Shown here: positions 41,555-55,300 of the stretch, piece after piece
Numbering within the stretch: position 1 is the stretch's first letter
How the letters are laid out: each line of letters begins with the position of its first letter
Source of the DNA: Octopus sinensis
Lineage: Eukaryota
Reading direction: 5' to 3'
DNA: 64,000 nt
Assembly (NCBI RefSeq): GCF_006345805.1
Contig: NC_043010.1
Location: forward strand, 34,782,001 to 34,846,000
Position numbers and translations under genes: made by a program
The notes under the pieces: model-generated
Told to the model about the DNA's origin: nothing
Database searches by the model: none
Seen by the model: only the letters and a program-made list of their open reading frames with translations

Positions 41555-43652
41555 TACTACAGAACTTTACCCCTCAGATTACCAGACAGTACATAGACCC
41601 AATACCATTTTTCATATTAAAAATGCCAATAGTGTAATGATTATCAACATAGCAGATAGAAAGTAAATATAATGGTAAGCAGAAATTAGCTGAAAACTAA
41701 GGGATTAAACTGATCTAGTAGTTATGGAACATATCAGTCATCTCATTTGTATTTAGTATAACAAGAATAATACAAACTTACAGCTGTAAAGACATGAACT
41801 GATTAAATAAAAGTATATTCCAGAAGAGAGCAATACAAGAATCTGTAAATATTATTTTAGACCTTTCTCCACACATTATCATCTGTTGGCTTTGAGCATT
41901 TTTTATGCTTGTTGTCCACGATATACTAAATCTTTTTTGAAGAAAGAAAACTACCGATGCATTTGTTAAACCATGAATAATAATAATAATAATAATTTCT
42001 ACTACAGGCACCAGGCCTGAAATTTAAGCAGAACATAGATTACATTGACTTCAGTACTTGATTGGTGCTTATTTTACCAACTCCAAAAGGATGCAAAGCA
42101 AACTTAACCTCAGCAGAATTTGAGCTCAGATCATAAAGACAGATGAAATGCTGCTAACCATGTTGTCTGGGGTGCTAATGGTTATGCTAGCTTATTAATT
42201 GATGATGATGATGATGAATTCTCTTATTGATCAGAAGGGCCCAGGACGTAGCCCACTATCAAAGGATGAGGTACAACACACAAAATCAATCAAGGGGAGA
42301 CACTACAAGATTAAAGGATATGAGAGGCTATATTAAAAAGAAATTAGAAAATAAATAGAATAAATAGAAAATAAATAGAATCTCCAGTAGCAGGGTAGTC
42401 CACTTAGGATAATTTGGGAGTAAACCCCACACAAAATGTCCTGGATTACCCTATCATCCCCAAGGCATGGGAAGTGCCATCTTCCTGTTTTTACCTCCTA
42501 CTTAGAAAAGTATACTCAGAGTAGATCTATTCAGCTTCACAAGTCTAGCCACTCTCATCCACCTTTTAATAAACATGCTAAATCAACTGTTGATTCAACA
42601 GATTACCTTCCCACCTCTACAAATGTATGACCTTGAACAAAAGCTAAAAATCATTATTGCAGCTATTATTAATTATGGAGATAATTATTGGGTTTCTACA
42701 TGTTTCCTTATCAACAGTTTTAATTAAATGGCTAAAATAATTACTATAAAATAAAAACTTCACTATTAACATTAACATTAGCGTAGTGGGTGGCAAAATT
42801 GACAATGTTGAACAAAATTAAATTACAATCCTTTGCATTCTGGTTTCAAACCCTGCCAAAGTCAACTTTACATATCAGGTAATGTTGACATCAATACTGG
42901 AAAAAGGGGTTTAATTTACAGAATATATGATCATGTGCCAAAAGTTAGAAATCCATGACAGCAACAAAAAAACTCATTATTATTATTATTACTATTACTA
43001 CTACTACAATGAGGGCACATGACCTAGTGGTTAGAGTGTTGTACTCATGATTGTGAAGTCATAGTTTCAATTACTAGACAGGGTAGTGCGTTGCGTTTTT
43101 GAGCAAAAACACTTCATCTCATGTCACTCTGCAAACACATTGACACCTGATGCATGGTACATGGTGCACCTATTCAGGTATTGTCAATTTGATGAAATGA
43201 GTGAACTAATGTGCATCATGAACATTTGATTACTATAAACAAATCATTTGTGCAGGATGTTTGGTAAAAGCTGAACACTCATACACCGTCTTCGACAGTG
43301 ATAATTACACCTTTTCTATACAGGCTTCATTGTTAATTGCTATGATTAATTAGCTAAAAATTGCCTTTAAAGTAGAAGCTTTACAATTACAATTATTATT
43401 GTTATCAATACTTTTTTTTTTTTGGCAGCAATTTTAAACATATAAAGACTGTTTTAAGTCAGAACATTGCGGCAATCTACAGACCCATCACTACCACCAC
43501 CATACCACCAAGAAATAGAAACAGAAATAACATGGAAATATAAAAAGAAAAACAACTGAAAACTATTTCAGATATGGCAGTGGAGTGGTAGAAATGTTTT
43601 GCATTATCTGGCTATGTATCTTTAATTTCTAAGTTTAGTTCCTGGAATGGCA

Positions 43653-44053
43653 GACCCCATAGGAGGGTGTAAAGACTCAGAAAACCAAGGCCTTTGGCAT
43701 TATGTCGTGCTTGAGAAGAAGATCCATCAATCTAAGCAAGATTGCAGTCGTGATAGATATTGGTGTCATGTAAATGGCATCCATGCTGGTGGCATGTAAA
43801 AGCACCCATTACACTCTCAGTGTGGTTGGTGTTAGGAAGGACATCCAGCCATAGAAAACCATGCCAAATCAAACTGGAGTCTGGCGCAGCTTTGCAGCAT
43901 GCCAGCCTACTCAAACCGTCCAACTCATGCCAGCATGGACAACTGACGTTAAATGACGATGATGATGATGATGGTGATCAGGCAGAATTATGCGGGCATC
44001 AGTAAAAAAAATGCTTTGCACTTTTCTGAGTCTTTACACCCTCCTATGGGGTC
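43653..44053. repeat. Perfect 32-bp inverted repeat (43653-43684 / 44022-44053) bracketing a family C copy
   Basis: gaccccataggagggtgtaaagactcagaaaa vs ttttctgagtctttacaccctcctatggggtc: exact reverse complements. Confidence 0.95.
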
Positions 44054-45166
44054 AATAAAATAAAGTACCACTGAAGTGCTGGTGTTGAGGTATCAATTAC
44101 CTCCTTTCCTAAATTTCAGAATTTGGGCCTATGCTAGGTTGTCTCTACAGCATCTTCAAATTATGTTAAATCTAGCACACACCAACAGCAAAACCTTCCA
44201 TGGATCATCCAGTAAGCTAGAAAAAGCAGCCAAATTCCCCTCAAATTATCTCTTACCATCAAGGATGCATTACATAATGTAGTTCTGGATACATTGTCAG
44301 CAAAAACAGGATGGTCATGCCTAGAACTCTGAGTATAGGTGTGCCTGATCAAATCTGACTTGGGTTAAAGAGCCCACTATTTAAATTGGTTTTATATGTC
44401 TTGGAGAAAAACCTGAGATGTATACATATGGGGTAGGGTAGGGTGGTGAGGTAGGCTTACATATGGCAAATCTTCTTTTCAGCCACCACCTCCCTTTTTT
44501 TCACTCTCAACCCATCTACCGACCCATCAACTGCGGAGCCCCTTATTTGAAAGGTGGGGATACAGGGAACTGCAGTAAAGTAAGATATATGTGTATGTGT
44601 TAAATAACATTTAGCAACATTTATAAATAGCTCTGCCTTCCCCATCTAAGGATTATTTTGGTATTAGACTGTCAGAAAAGAAAAGGAAGCTTGACGGCCC
44701 CACCCCAAAACATACATACAAATTACAAAAAAAAAAGGACTAGATGAGGACTAAAACACATCTACCACCACCACCACAACTTTCTGTGCCTTAACAATTA
44801 AGAGATGAAATTGATATTTTCAAGTGGTGGTGATATGGGTGTTAGCTGGGGTGGGGACATAGTGAGGCAAGGTTGCTGAGATGGAGGCTATCAGGAGTGG
44901 GTGGCATGTTGTAGCTGCACAGAATAGCTGGGGTCGGAGCAAGGTAGATAACTAGAGAAGAAAAGTAATTAGAAGAGAAGATAACTAGATTAGAGAAAAC
45001 TGCTAGAGACTGAGATAAGAATTATAAAATATTAACAATAATATATGCTCCATTTAAGTCAATCCAGCTGACAATAACAAAAATATAGACTAACACGTTT
45101 TCATATATTTTATTCACATGGCACTATGTGTGTATGTATACGTTTGTGTGTATATATATATATATA

Positions 45167-45379
45167 TAGGGTGGCCCAAAAGTAGGTTTACAGTTATCAC
45201 ATAGGCACTTTAAATTTCTATCATTTCTATCTTACAAATTGAAAAGGGAGCTTGACAAAATTAACTAAACTAGCATAGAATAAGGGTTTCATACTTTTTT
45301 TTATAACTAAGATCTAAACTGTTAATATAGGAATACAAAATAGATAGTTGAATACATGTAAACCTACTTTTGGGCCACC

Positions 45380-45382
<3 letters not shown>
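45167..45382. mobile_element. Tc1/mariner-superfamily MITE (216 bp) inserted in (TA)n
   Basis: 26-bp TIRs (t/c)agggtggcccaaaagtaggtttaca / tgtaaacctacttttgggccaccctg; TA flanks. Confidence 0.9.
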
Positions 45383-45427
<45 letters not shown>

Positions 45428-46513
45428 CAGGCACCTGTGTGGTAAGAAGCTTGCTCCCAATCATATGGTTCCTAGTTCAGTCCCACTGCATGGTACCTTG
45501 AGCAAGTGTCTTCTACTATAACCTGAGGTTAACCAAAGCCTTGTGAGTGTATTTGGTAGGCAGAAACTGAAAGAGAGCTGTCATATTTCTATATAACGTG
45601 TGTGTGTGTATTTGTCCCCACTGATGTTGGTCTGTTTACATCCCTATAATTTGAGTGGTTGGACAAAAGTGACCAATAGAATATATACCAGGCCTAAAAA
45701 GGTAAAAAAAAAAAAAGTAGTGGAGTCAATTCCTTTGACTAAAAATTCAAGGCAGTACCCCAGCATGGCCAGAGTTTAATGACTGAATAAGTACAAGATA
45801 AAAGATACATACACACGCACACTGTCCATCTAGTCATTCTGTGTCCATGACCAAATCACATAACACAAAAATGGCCCAGTCCACTTAGCAGTAAATAAAA
45901 ACCAAGCATCACACTCTCTCCTTAAATAGTTTTCACAGAAAGCTTACCTCGATCATTCACTCAGTTGACTATTTATGGGAAAATTAAATACAACTCATTT
46001 AAAACCATTCCATGATCAGTTGATAAAACACTTATTTTTAAATGTATGTACATGCTGGCATGAAACTAAAATCCCTTGAGTCACTTTGTAACTTCTGATG
46101 ATTAATTGATTAAAAATAATAAAAAGTATAAACGTTTTGAGTTTAATATCCTGTTTGTACTAATCACATGTGTGTATATGTGTGTGTGCGTGGTGCACAG
46201 CATAGTTGTTAGGGTGTTGCACTCCTGATCAAAAGATTGTGGTTTTAATTCCTGGACTAAGCGATGCGTTGAGTTCTTGAGCAAAACACTCCATTTCATG
46301 TTGTTCCACTTCACTCAACTGGCAAAAATGAGTAAACCTGCAATAGAACGACATCCCATCGAGGTGGGGCATGTATATGCTATGGAATCTAGGAAACCAG
46401 CCTTATGAGCCTCTGGTTTGAGAAGGACTTGTGCTCCTTTTTTTTGTAATGTGTATATATTATTAGATAAATTGTATAGTATACACTTGGTAGCTTATAT
46501 GTATATATACATT

Positions 46514-46611
<98 letters not shown>

Positions 46612-46873
46612 GTGTATGAGAGAGAGAGTATTTCTATGTTTCTTGTAATTCTCAACTAAAAATTAAGGAGAGTCCAACTCATTAATACACTTGATATGTT
46701 ATATATATGGAGTCTAAGTATATTCTATTAATGAAATGAAACCTTACAAACGTACAATTGTTTCAGTACATATTTGTATTTTGTTGAAAGTAAAAAAAAA
46801 AGCATTTGTTTAACTTTTAACATAACACAAAGATTATTGAAACAACTGTATTTTTGTAAAATGTCATTTCATC

Positions 46874-46908
<35 letters not shown>

Positions 46909-48990
46909 TACACACACATATACATTTACACACACACACATGCTTGACAGAAACCATATGCTGTTACTGAAGTTATATGTTTACATAACTGAAGTAACAG
47001 CACATTAATGTAGCATGATGTACAGCAATGAAATATTCTTTTATCCAAGACAGCAACAAGTCCTCATTATCCCAATGACTAAGACAAACCAGCAAAGACT
47101 GTTATAAAATCTGGCCTTCTTCTTCATCTCCAAACCTACATCTCAAACAGTGTAACTGTTAAATACACACATACAGATATCTGTTCAAAGAAAGGCTCCT
47201 GGCTGAAGTCCTTGTTTGTCGCCTCTATGTTTAGGCCCTTGTGGGCAAGAAAGAAATAACGTAATGAAGTCACTCATCCTCATACTCAAACCTCTGGTCC
47301 ACAGACATACTGTATTTTCTCTTCGCCTTATCTTCTGACAGAAGAATGGTTTCTACTTATCAGAGCTTGCTGGTCACATGCAAACCCTACTCATGTGCTC
47401 TCAGTTCACTGTCATTCATATTGTGCCCGTGCCCCTGCCCCCCCCCCACCAGTTCCCCAGTCTAAGCGCTAATCACCTCACTATAATGTTAGTCCTCTTG
47501 AATTTCCTTCCTGCACATGCTTTTCACAGTTTTTGACATTAGCCATGTTAATTTTTACCGGTTTGTGAAAAGACATGGACACAACCCCTTCCTCCGTATC
47601 AATAAAACATGTTTTGTGTGTGTGTGTGTGTACATGCACATGTATATAAATGAATATATTGAATCAGTATATAGGTTTGCGTATGTATGCATACATGTGC
47701 ATGTATATAACTAAAGATAAGTAATGTAGATTAAACTACACATTACGATTTTCCGGCATTCAATGAGTGAAGGCTTTGTGATATTGAAAATATAGAATCA
47801 ATATTCAATAATGTAGAGGTGAGGGAGAAGAGGAATAAGAAGAGGTCTGCTGGGTAGACATATAGAGTCTGATTAAAACCTGACTCACACACTCATTTTA
47901 TACATACACATGTGTATATGTGTGTGTGTGCGTGTGTAGGTAAGTAGGTAGAGAGATAGATTGATAGATGGATACACAGACGTGTGTGTGTGTGTATGCA
48001 CACAAAACATACAAATAATTATTTTTGACATGAATAAATTTTCTTTTTGCACCATACATCTTTTTCTCTCTCTTTCCACACAAACATGTGCACGTATACA
48101 CACAGACACTCACACACATATAAAATACTCATTCACACACACATGCACACATATGTAGAGAGATGCAGCAACAACAACAACAATAATGCCATTGATAAAG
48201 TGTAGTGGGGTGAAGCATTTGTTGAATTGATGCAAGAGATCAGAAATTGCTGATCAATATTGCAAGGAACAAGAATTCCAGCAAGAATGCATGCTGCTCT
48301 AACTGCTGACTACAATGAAGCTAGCAGCATGCCTCATCTTGGCAGGACCACATTATTAAAGGCACTGCCAAAATATACTAAGCTTACATTCTGATACATG
48401 CAAGGGCTTAGGAAGATTTCAGTTCTTTTCCATTTGGGGGCACACATACACATGTCTGTGTATTTTGCATTATATGTGTGTGTGCATTTTCCCGAATTTG
48501 AGTGTGGATGTTTTAGTCTGAATGTGTGAGTGTGTATCTGTGTGTGCAGGCATGCACATCTGTGTAAGAATGATGAATCTAACAAGAAAGTATGGTAAAT
48601 TCAATATGCATATTTTATTCCTCTAACAATCATATTTAATGTAAGTCAGATCCCATTTACTTATCCATCAACAATAAATTACTTTATTTTCGTAATAAAA
48701 TTTACTTCATATTTACAATTATTTTATGTTTTTCTTTCTCATATCTAAAACAAAAGAATTATTTTTTGATTTTCATTTTTATATTTTAAGGACTTTTTTA
48801 AAACCACTTTTCTTTTCAAGTTCCATTTAAGTCTATATTTTATGTTATTTTCATTTACTTCACTCTTTAAAAAAAAAAAAATGGTATTTTCTGGAAATTA
48901 ATTTAAGCTAAGCACATTGCCTTTTTGAATGTCTGTCTTTCAGCTTGTAAATTATTATAGTAGACAACCAAATAAAATACCCATCTATAT

Positions 48991-49234
48991 CAGTGTTTCT
49001 CGACCATCTTTTACCTATGGACCCCTCTGATTCCTATTCTAATTGAATATACCCCGACAGCCATTTTGATGTTTTAAAAAAATCATAATATATTTTTATT
49101 ATTAAATATTATTAGGGATTGTATTTAAAAAAATTGTAAAAATATTGTTTGAATGGTAGAAGTATAACCAAATTTACTGCAGATAAATTTTAACAACAAA
49201 ATCTTATGTGGACCCCCTAGGTTGAGAACCACTG
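48991..49234. mobile_element. hAT (Charlie-like) MITE with intact 8-bp TSD
   Basis: TIRs cagtgtttctcgac / gttgagaaccactg; TSD ATCTATAT at 48983-90 and 49235-42. Confidence 0.9.
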
Positions 49235-49355
49235 ATCTATATATTCATCTGTCTATCCAGCCATAAATCTACCTTCCCATTGATTTAACTATAAATCAAC
49301 CTTTCTACCTTGCTAAACATCTTTGCTGAAATTCAATACAAGCTGAATATTGAAG

Positions 49356-52300
49356 TTCAGTCATTGGCGGTCTTCTTTTTTCTTTTTCCTCCTCTTCTTC
49401 TTCATATGCTAAAACTTGAAAACCGCCATTACTATTACTATTACGATTCTGCAATTTAAATTCCCAGTTCAACTACTTTCTTCTTCAATTTCAACTCCCG
49501 CTCGATGACCGCAGCAAGTTCTTAAAAAATTTATCTTACTATATTTTTTTTTTTTTTTTTTTCGTTGTTAATACGTTTATTCATACACTGTTACGAAAAT
49601 TTAACCTTTTTTAAGATACTTTCAAGCCTTCGCCATAACTTGATTTATCTTCCTATCTCTCTCTCTACAATATTTAACCGCAGGCTGCCTCAAGCCGTAA
49701 TCCCATCTTTTTCCCATCTTTCAGTCATTGGCGGTCTTCTTTTTTCTTTTCCTCCTCTTCTTCTTCATATGCTAAAACTTGAAAACCGCCATTACTATTA
49801 CTATTACGATTCTGCAATTTAAATTCCCAGTTCAACTACTTTCTCTTCAATTTCAACTCCCGCTCGATGACCGCAGCAAGTTCTTAAAAAAATCTTACTA
49901 TATTTTTTTTTTTTTTTTTTATTCGTTGTTAATACGTTTATTCATACACTGTTACGAAAAATTAACCTTTTTTAAGATACTTTCAAGCCTTCGCCATAAC
50001 TTGATTTATCTTCCTATCTCTCTCTCTACAATATTTAACCGCAGGCTGCCTCAAGCCGTAATCCCATCTTTTTCCCATCTTTCAGTCATTGGCGGTCTTC
50101 TTTTTTCTTTTTCCTCCTCTTCTTCTTCATATGCTAAAACTTGAAAACCGCCATTACTATTACTATTACGATTCTGCAATTTAAATTCCCAGTTCAACTA
50201 CTTTCTTCTTCAATTTCAACTCCCGCTCGATGACCGCAGCAAGTTCTTAAAAAATTTATCTTACTATATTTTTTTTTTTTTTTTTATTCGTTGTTAATAC
50301 GTTTATTCATACACTGTTACGAAAATTTAACCTTTTTTAAGATACTTTCAAGCCTTCGCCATAACTTGATTTATCTTCCTATCTCTCTCTCTACAATATT
50401 TAACCGCAGGCTGCCTCAAGCCGTAATCCCATCTTTTTCCCATCTTTCAGTCATTGGCGGTCTTCTTTTTTCTTTTCCTCCTCTTCTTCTTCATATGCTA
50501 AAACTTGAAAACCGCCATTACTATTACTATTACGATTCTGCAATTTAAATTCCCAGTTCAACTACTTTCTTCTTCAATTTCAACTCCCGCTCGATGACCG
50601 CAGCAAGTTCTTAAAAAATTTATCTTACTATATTTTTTTTATTCGTTGTTAATACGTTTATTCATACACTGTTACGAAAATTTAACCTTTTTTAAGATAC
50701 TTTCAAGCCTTCGCCATAACTTGATTTATCTTCCTATCTCTCTCTCTACAATATTTAACCGCAGGCTGCCTCAAGCCGTAATCCCATCTTTTTCCCATCT
50801 TTCAGTCATTGGCGGTCTTCTTTTTTCTTTTTCCTCCTCTTCTTCTTCATATGCTAAAACTTGAAAACCGCCATTACTATTACTATTACGATTCTGCAAT
50901 TTAAATTCCCAGTTCAACTACTTTCTTCTTCAATTTCAACTCCCGCTCGATGACCGCAGCAAGTTCTTAAAAAATTTATCTTACTATATTTTTTTATTCG
51001 TTGTTAATACGTTTATTCATACACTGTTACGAAAATTTAACCTTTTTTAAGATACTTTCAAGCCTTCGCCATAACTTGATTTATCTTCCTATCTCTCTCT
51101 CTACAATATTTAACCGCAGGCTGCCTCAAGCCGTAATCCCATCTTTTTCCCATCTTTCAGTCATTGGCGGTCTTCTTTTTTCTTTTTCCTCCTCTTCTTC
51201 TTCATATGCTAAAACTTGAAAACCGCCATTACTATTACTATTACGATTCTGCAATTTAAATTCCCAGTTCAACTACTTTCTTCTTCAATTTCAACTCCCG
51301 CTCGATGACCGCAGCAAGTTCTTAAAAAATTTATCTTACTATATTTTTTTTTTATTCGTTGTTAATACGTTTATTCATACACTGTTACGAAAATTTAACC
51401 TTTTTTAAGATACTTTCAAGCCTTCGCCATAACTTGATTTATCTTCCTATCTCTCTCTCTACAATATTTAACCGCAGGCTGCCTCAAGCCGTAATCCCAT
51501 CTTTTTCCCATCTTTCAGTCATTGGCGGTCTTCTTTTTTCTTTTTCCTCCTCTTCTTCTTCATATGCTAAAACTTGAAAACCGCCATTACTATTACTATT
51601 ACGATTCTGCAATTTAAATTCCCAGTTCAACTACTTTCTTCTTCAATTTCAACTCCCGCTCGATGACCGCAGCAAGTTCTTAAAAATTTATCTTACTATA
51701 TTTTTTTTTTTATTCGTTGTTAATACGTTTATTCATACACTGTTACGAAAATTTAACCTTTTTAAGATACTTTCAAGCCTTCGCCATAACTTGATTTATC
51801 TTCCTATCTCTCTCTCTACAATATTTAACCGCAGGCTGCCTCAAGCCGTAATCCCATCTTTTTCCCATCTTTCAGTCATTGGCGGTCTTCTTTTTTCTTT
51901 TTCCTCCTCTTCTTCTTCATATGCTAAAACTTGAAAACCGCCATTACTATTACTATTACGATTCTGCAATTTAAATTCCCAGTTCAACTACTTTCTTCTT
52001 CAATTTCAACTCCCGCTCGATGACCGCAGCAAGTTCTTAAAAAATTTATCTTACTATTTTTTTTTTTTTTATTCGTTGTTAATACGTTTATTCATACACT
52101 GTTACGAAAAATTAACCTTTTTTAAGATACTTTCAAGCCTTCGCCATAACTTGATTTATCTTCCTATCTCTCTCTCTACAATATTTAACCGCAGGCTGCC
52201 TCAAGCCGTAATCCCATCTTTTTCCCATCTTTCAGTCATTGGCGGTCTTCTTTTTTCTTTTTCCTCCTCTTCTTCTTCATATGCTAAAACTTGAAAACCG

Positions 52301-55300
52301 CCATTACTATTACTATTACGAAAACCGCATTACTATTACTATTACGATTCTGCAATTAAATTCCCAGTTCAACTACTTTCTTCTTCAATTTCAACTCCCG
52401 CTCGATGACCGCAGCAAGTTCTTAAAAAATTTATTACTACTTTTTTTTTTATTCGTTGTTAATACGTTTATTCATACACTGTTACGAAAATTTAACCTTT
52501 TTTAAGATACTTTCAAGCCTTCGCCATAACTTGATTTATCTTCCTATCTCTCTCTCTACAATATTTAACCGCAGGCTGCCTCAAGCCGTAATCCCATCTT
52601 TTTCCCATCTTTCAGTCATTGGCGGTCTTCTTTTTTCTTTTTCCTCCTCTTCTTCTTCATATGCTAAAACTTGAAAACCGCCATTACTTACTTATTACTA
52701 TTACTATTCGATTCTGCAATTTAAATTCCCAGTTCAACAACTACTTCTTCTTCAATTTCAACTCCCGCTCGATGACCGCAGCAAGTTCTTAAAAATTTAT
52801 CTTACTATATTTTTTTTTTTTTATCGTTGTTAATACGTTTATTCATACACTGTTACGAAAATTTAACCTTTTTTAAGATACTTTCAAGCCTTCGCCATAA
52901 CTTGATATCTTCCTATCTCTCTCTCTACAATATTTAACCGCAGGCTGCCTCAAGCCGTAATCCCATCTTTTTCCCATCTTTCAGTCATTGGCGGTCTTCT
53001 TTTTTTTTTCCTCCTCTTCTTCTTCATATGCTAAAACTTGAAAACCGCCATTACTATTACTATTGAAAACCGCCATTACTATTACTATTACGATTCTGCA
53101 ATTAAATTCCCAGTTCAACTACTTTCTTCTTCAATTTCAACTCCCGCTCGATGACCGCAGCAAGTTCTTAAAAAATTTATCTTACTATATTTTTTTTTTA
53201 TTCGTTGTTAATACGTTTATTCATACACTGTTACGAAAATTTAACCTTTTTTAAGATACTTTCAAGCCTTCGCCATAACTTGATTTATCTTCCTATCTCT
53301 CTCTCTACAATATTTAACCGCAGGCTGCCTCAAGCCGTAATCCCATCTTTTTCCCATCTTTCAGTCATTGGCGGTCTTCTTTTTTCTTTTTCCTCCTCTT
53401 CTTCTTCATATGCTAAAACTTGAAAACCGCCATTACTATTACTATTACGATTCTGCAATTTAAATTCCCAGTTCAACTACTTTCTTCTTCAATTTCAACT
53501 CCCGCTCGATGACCGCAGCAAGTTCTTAAAAAATTTATCTTACTATATTTTTTATTCGTTGTTAATACGTTTATTCATACACTGTTACGAAAATTTAACC
53601 TTTTTTTTTTTTTTTTTTTAAGATACTTTCAAGCCTTCGCCATAACTTGATTTATCTTCCTATCTCTCTCTCTACAATATTTAACCGCAGGCTGCCTCAA
53701 GCCGTAATCCCATCTTTTTCCCATCTTTCAGTCATTGGCGGTCTTCTTTTTTCTTTTTCCTCCTCTTCTTCTTCATATGCTAAAACTTGAAAACCGCCAT
53801 TACTATTACTATTACGATTCTGCAATTTAAATTCCCAGTTCAACTACTTTCTTCTTCAATTTCAACTCCCGCTCGATGACCGCAGCAAGTTCTTAAAAAA
53901 TTTATCTTACTATATTTTTTTTTTTATTCGTTGTTAATACGTTTATTCATACACTGTTACGAAAATTTAACCTTTTTTAAGATACTTTCAAGCCTTCGCC
54001 ATAACTTGATTTATCTTCCTATCTCTCTCTCTACAATATTTAACCGCAGGCTGCCTCAAGCCGTAATCCCATCTTTTTCCCATCTTTCAGTCATTGGCGG
54101 TCTTCTTTTTTCTTTTTCCTCCTCTTCTTCTTCATATGCTAAAACTTGAAAACCGCCATTACTATTACTATTACGATTCTGCAATTTAAATTCCCAGTTC
54201 AACTACTTTCTTCTTCAATTTCAACTCCCGCTCGATGACCGCAGCAAGTTCTTAAAAAATTTATCTTACTATATTTTTTTTTTTTTTCGTTGTTAATACG
54301 TTTATTCATACACTGTTACGAAAATTTAACCTTTTTTAAGATACTTTCAAGCCTTCGCCATAACTTGATTTATCTTCCTATCTCTCTCTCTACAATATTT
54401 AACCGCAGGCTGCCTCAAGCCGTAATCCCATCTTTTTCCCATCTTTCAGTCATTGGCGGTCTTCTTTTTTCTTTTTCCTCCTCTTCTTCTTCATATGCTA
54501 AAACTTGAAAACCGCCATTACTATTACTATTACGAACCGCCATACTATTACTATTACGATTGCAATTTAAATTCCCAGTTCAACTACTTTCTTCTTCAAT
54601 TTCAACTCCCGCTCGATGACCGCAGCAAGTTCTTAAAAAATTTATCTTACTATATTTTTTTTTATTCGTTGTTAATACGTTTATTCATACACTGTTACGA
54701 AAATTTAACCTTTTTTAAGATACTTTCAAGCCTTCGCCATAACTTGATTTATCTTCCTATCTCTCTCTCTACAATATTTAACCGCAGGCTGCCTCAAGCC
54801 GTAATCCCATCTTTTTCCCATCTTTCAGTCATTGGCGGTCTTCTTTTTTCTTTTTCCTCCTCTTCTTCTTCATATGCTAAAACTTGAAAACCGCCATTAC
54901 TATTACTATTACGATTCTGCAATTTAAATTCCCAGTTCAACTACTTTCTTCTTCAATTTCAACTCCCGCTCGATGACCGCAGCAAGTTCTTAAAAAATTT
55001 ATCTTACTATTTTTTTTTTTTTATTCGTTGTTAATACGTTTATTCATACACTGTTACGAAAATTTAACCTTTTTAAGATACTTTCAAGCCTTCGCCATAA
55101 CTTGATTTATCTTCCTATCTCTCTCTCTACAATATTTAACCGCAGGCTGCCTCAAGCCGTAATCCCATCTTTTTCCCATCTTTCAGTCATTGGCGGTCTT
55201 CTTTTTTCTTTTTCCTCCTCTTCTTCTTCATATGCTAAAACTTGAAAACCGCCATTACTATTACTATTACGATTCTGCAATTTAAATTCCCAGTTCAACT

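Noticed and set aside
41840-41925. 63-nt phase-0 candidate upstream exon (YIVDNKHKKCSKPTDDNVWRK)
   Set aside because: Donor GTCTAA is poor; unsupported.
48289-48332. 10-bp inverted repeat gcatgctgct/agcagcatgc
   Set aside because: Short enough to arise by chance in 64 kb; no supporting context.
49560-49580. CENP-B-box-like TTCGTTG in the monomer
   Set aside because: Only the first 7 nt match; the required A and CGGG positions are out of register.
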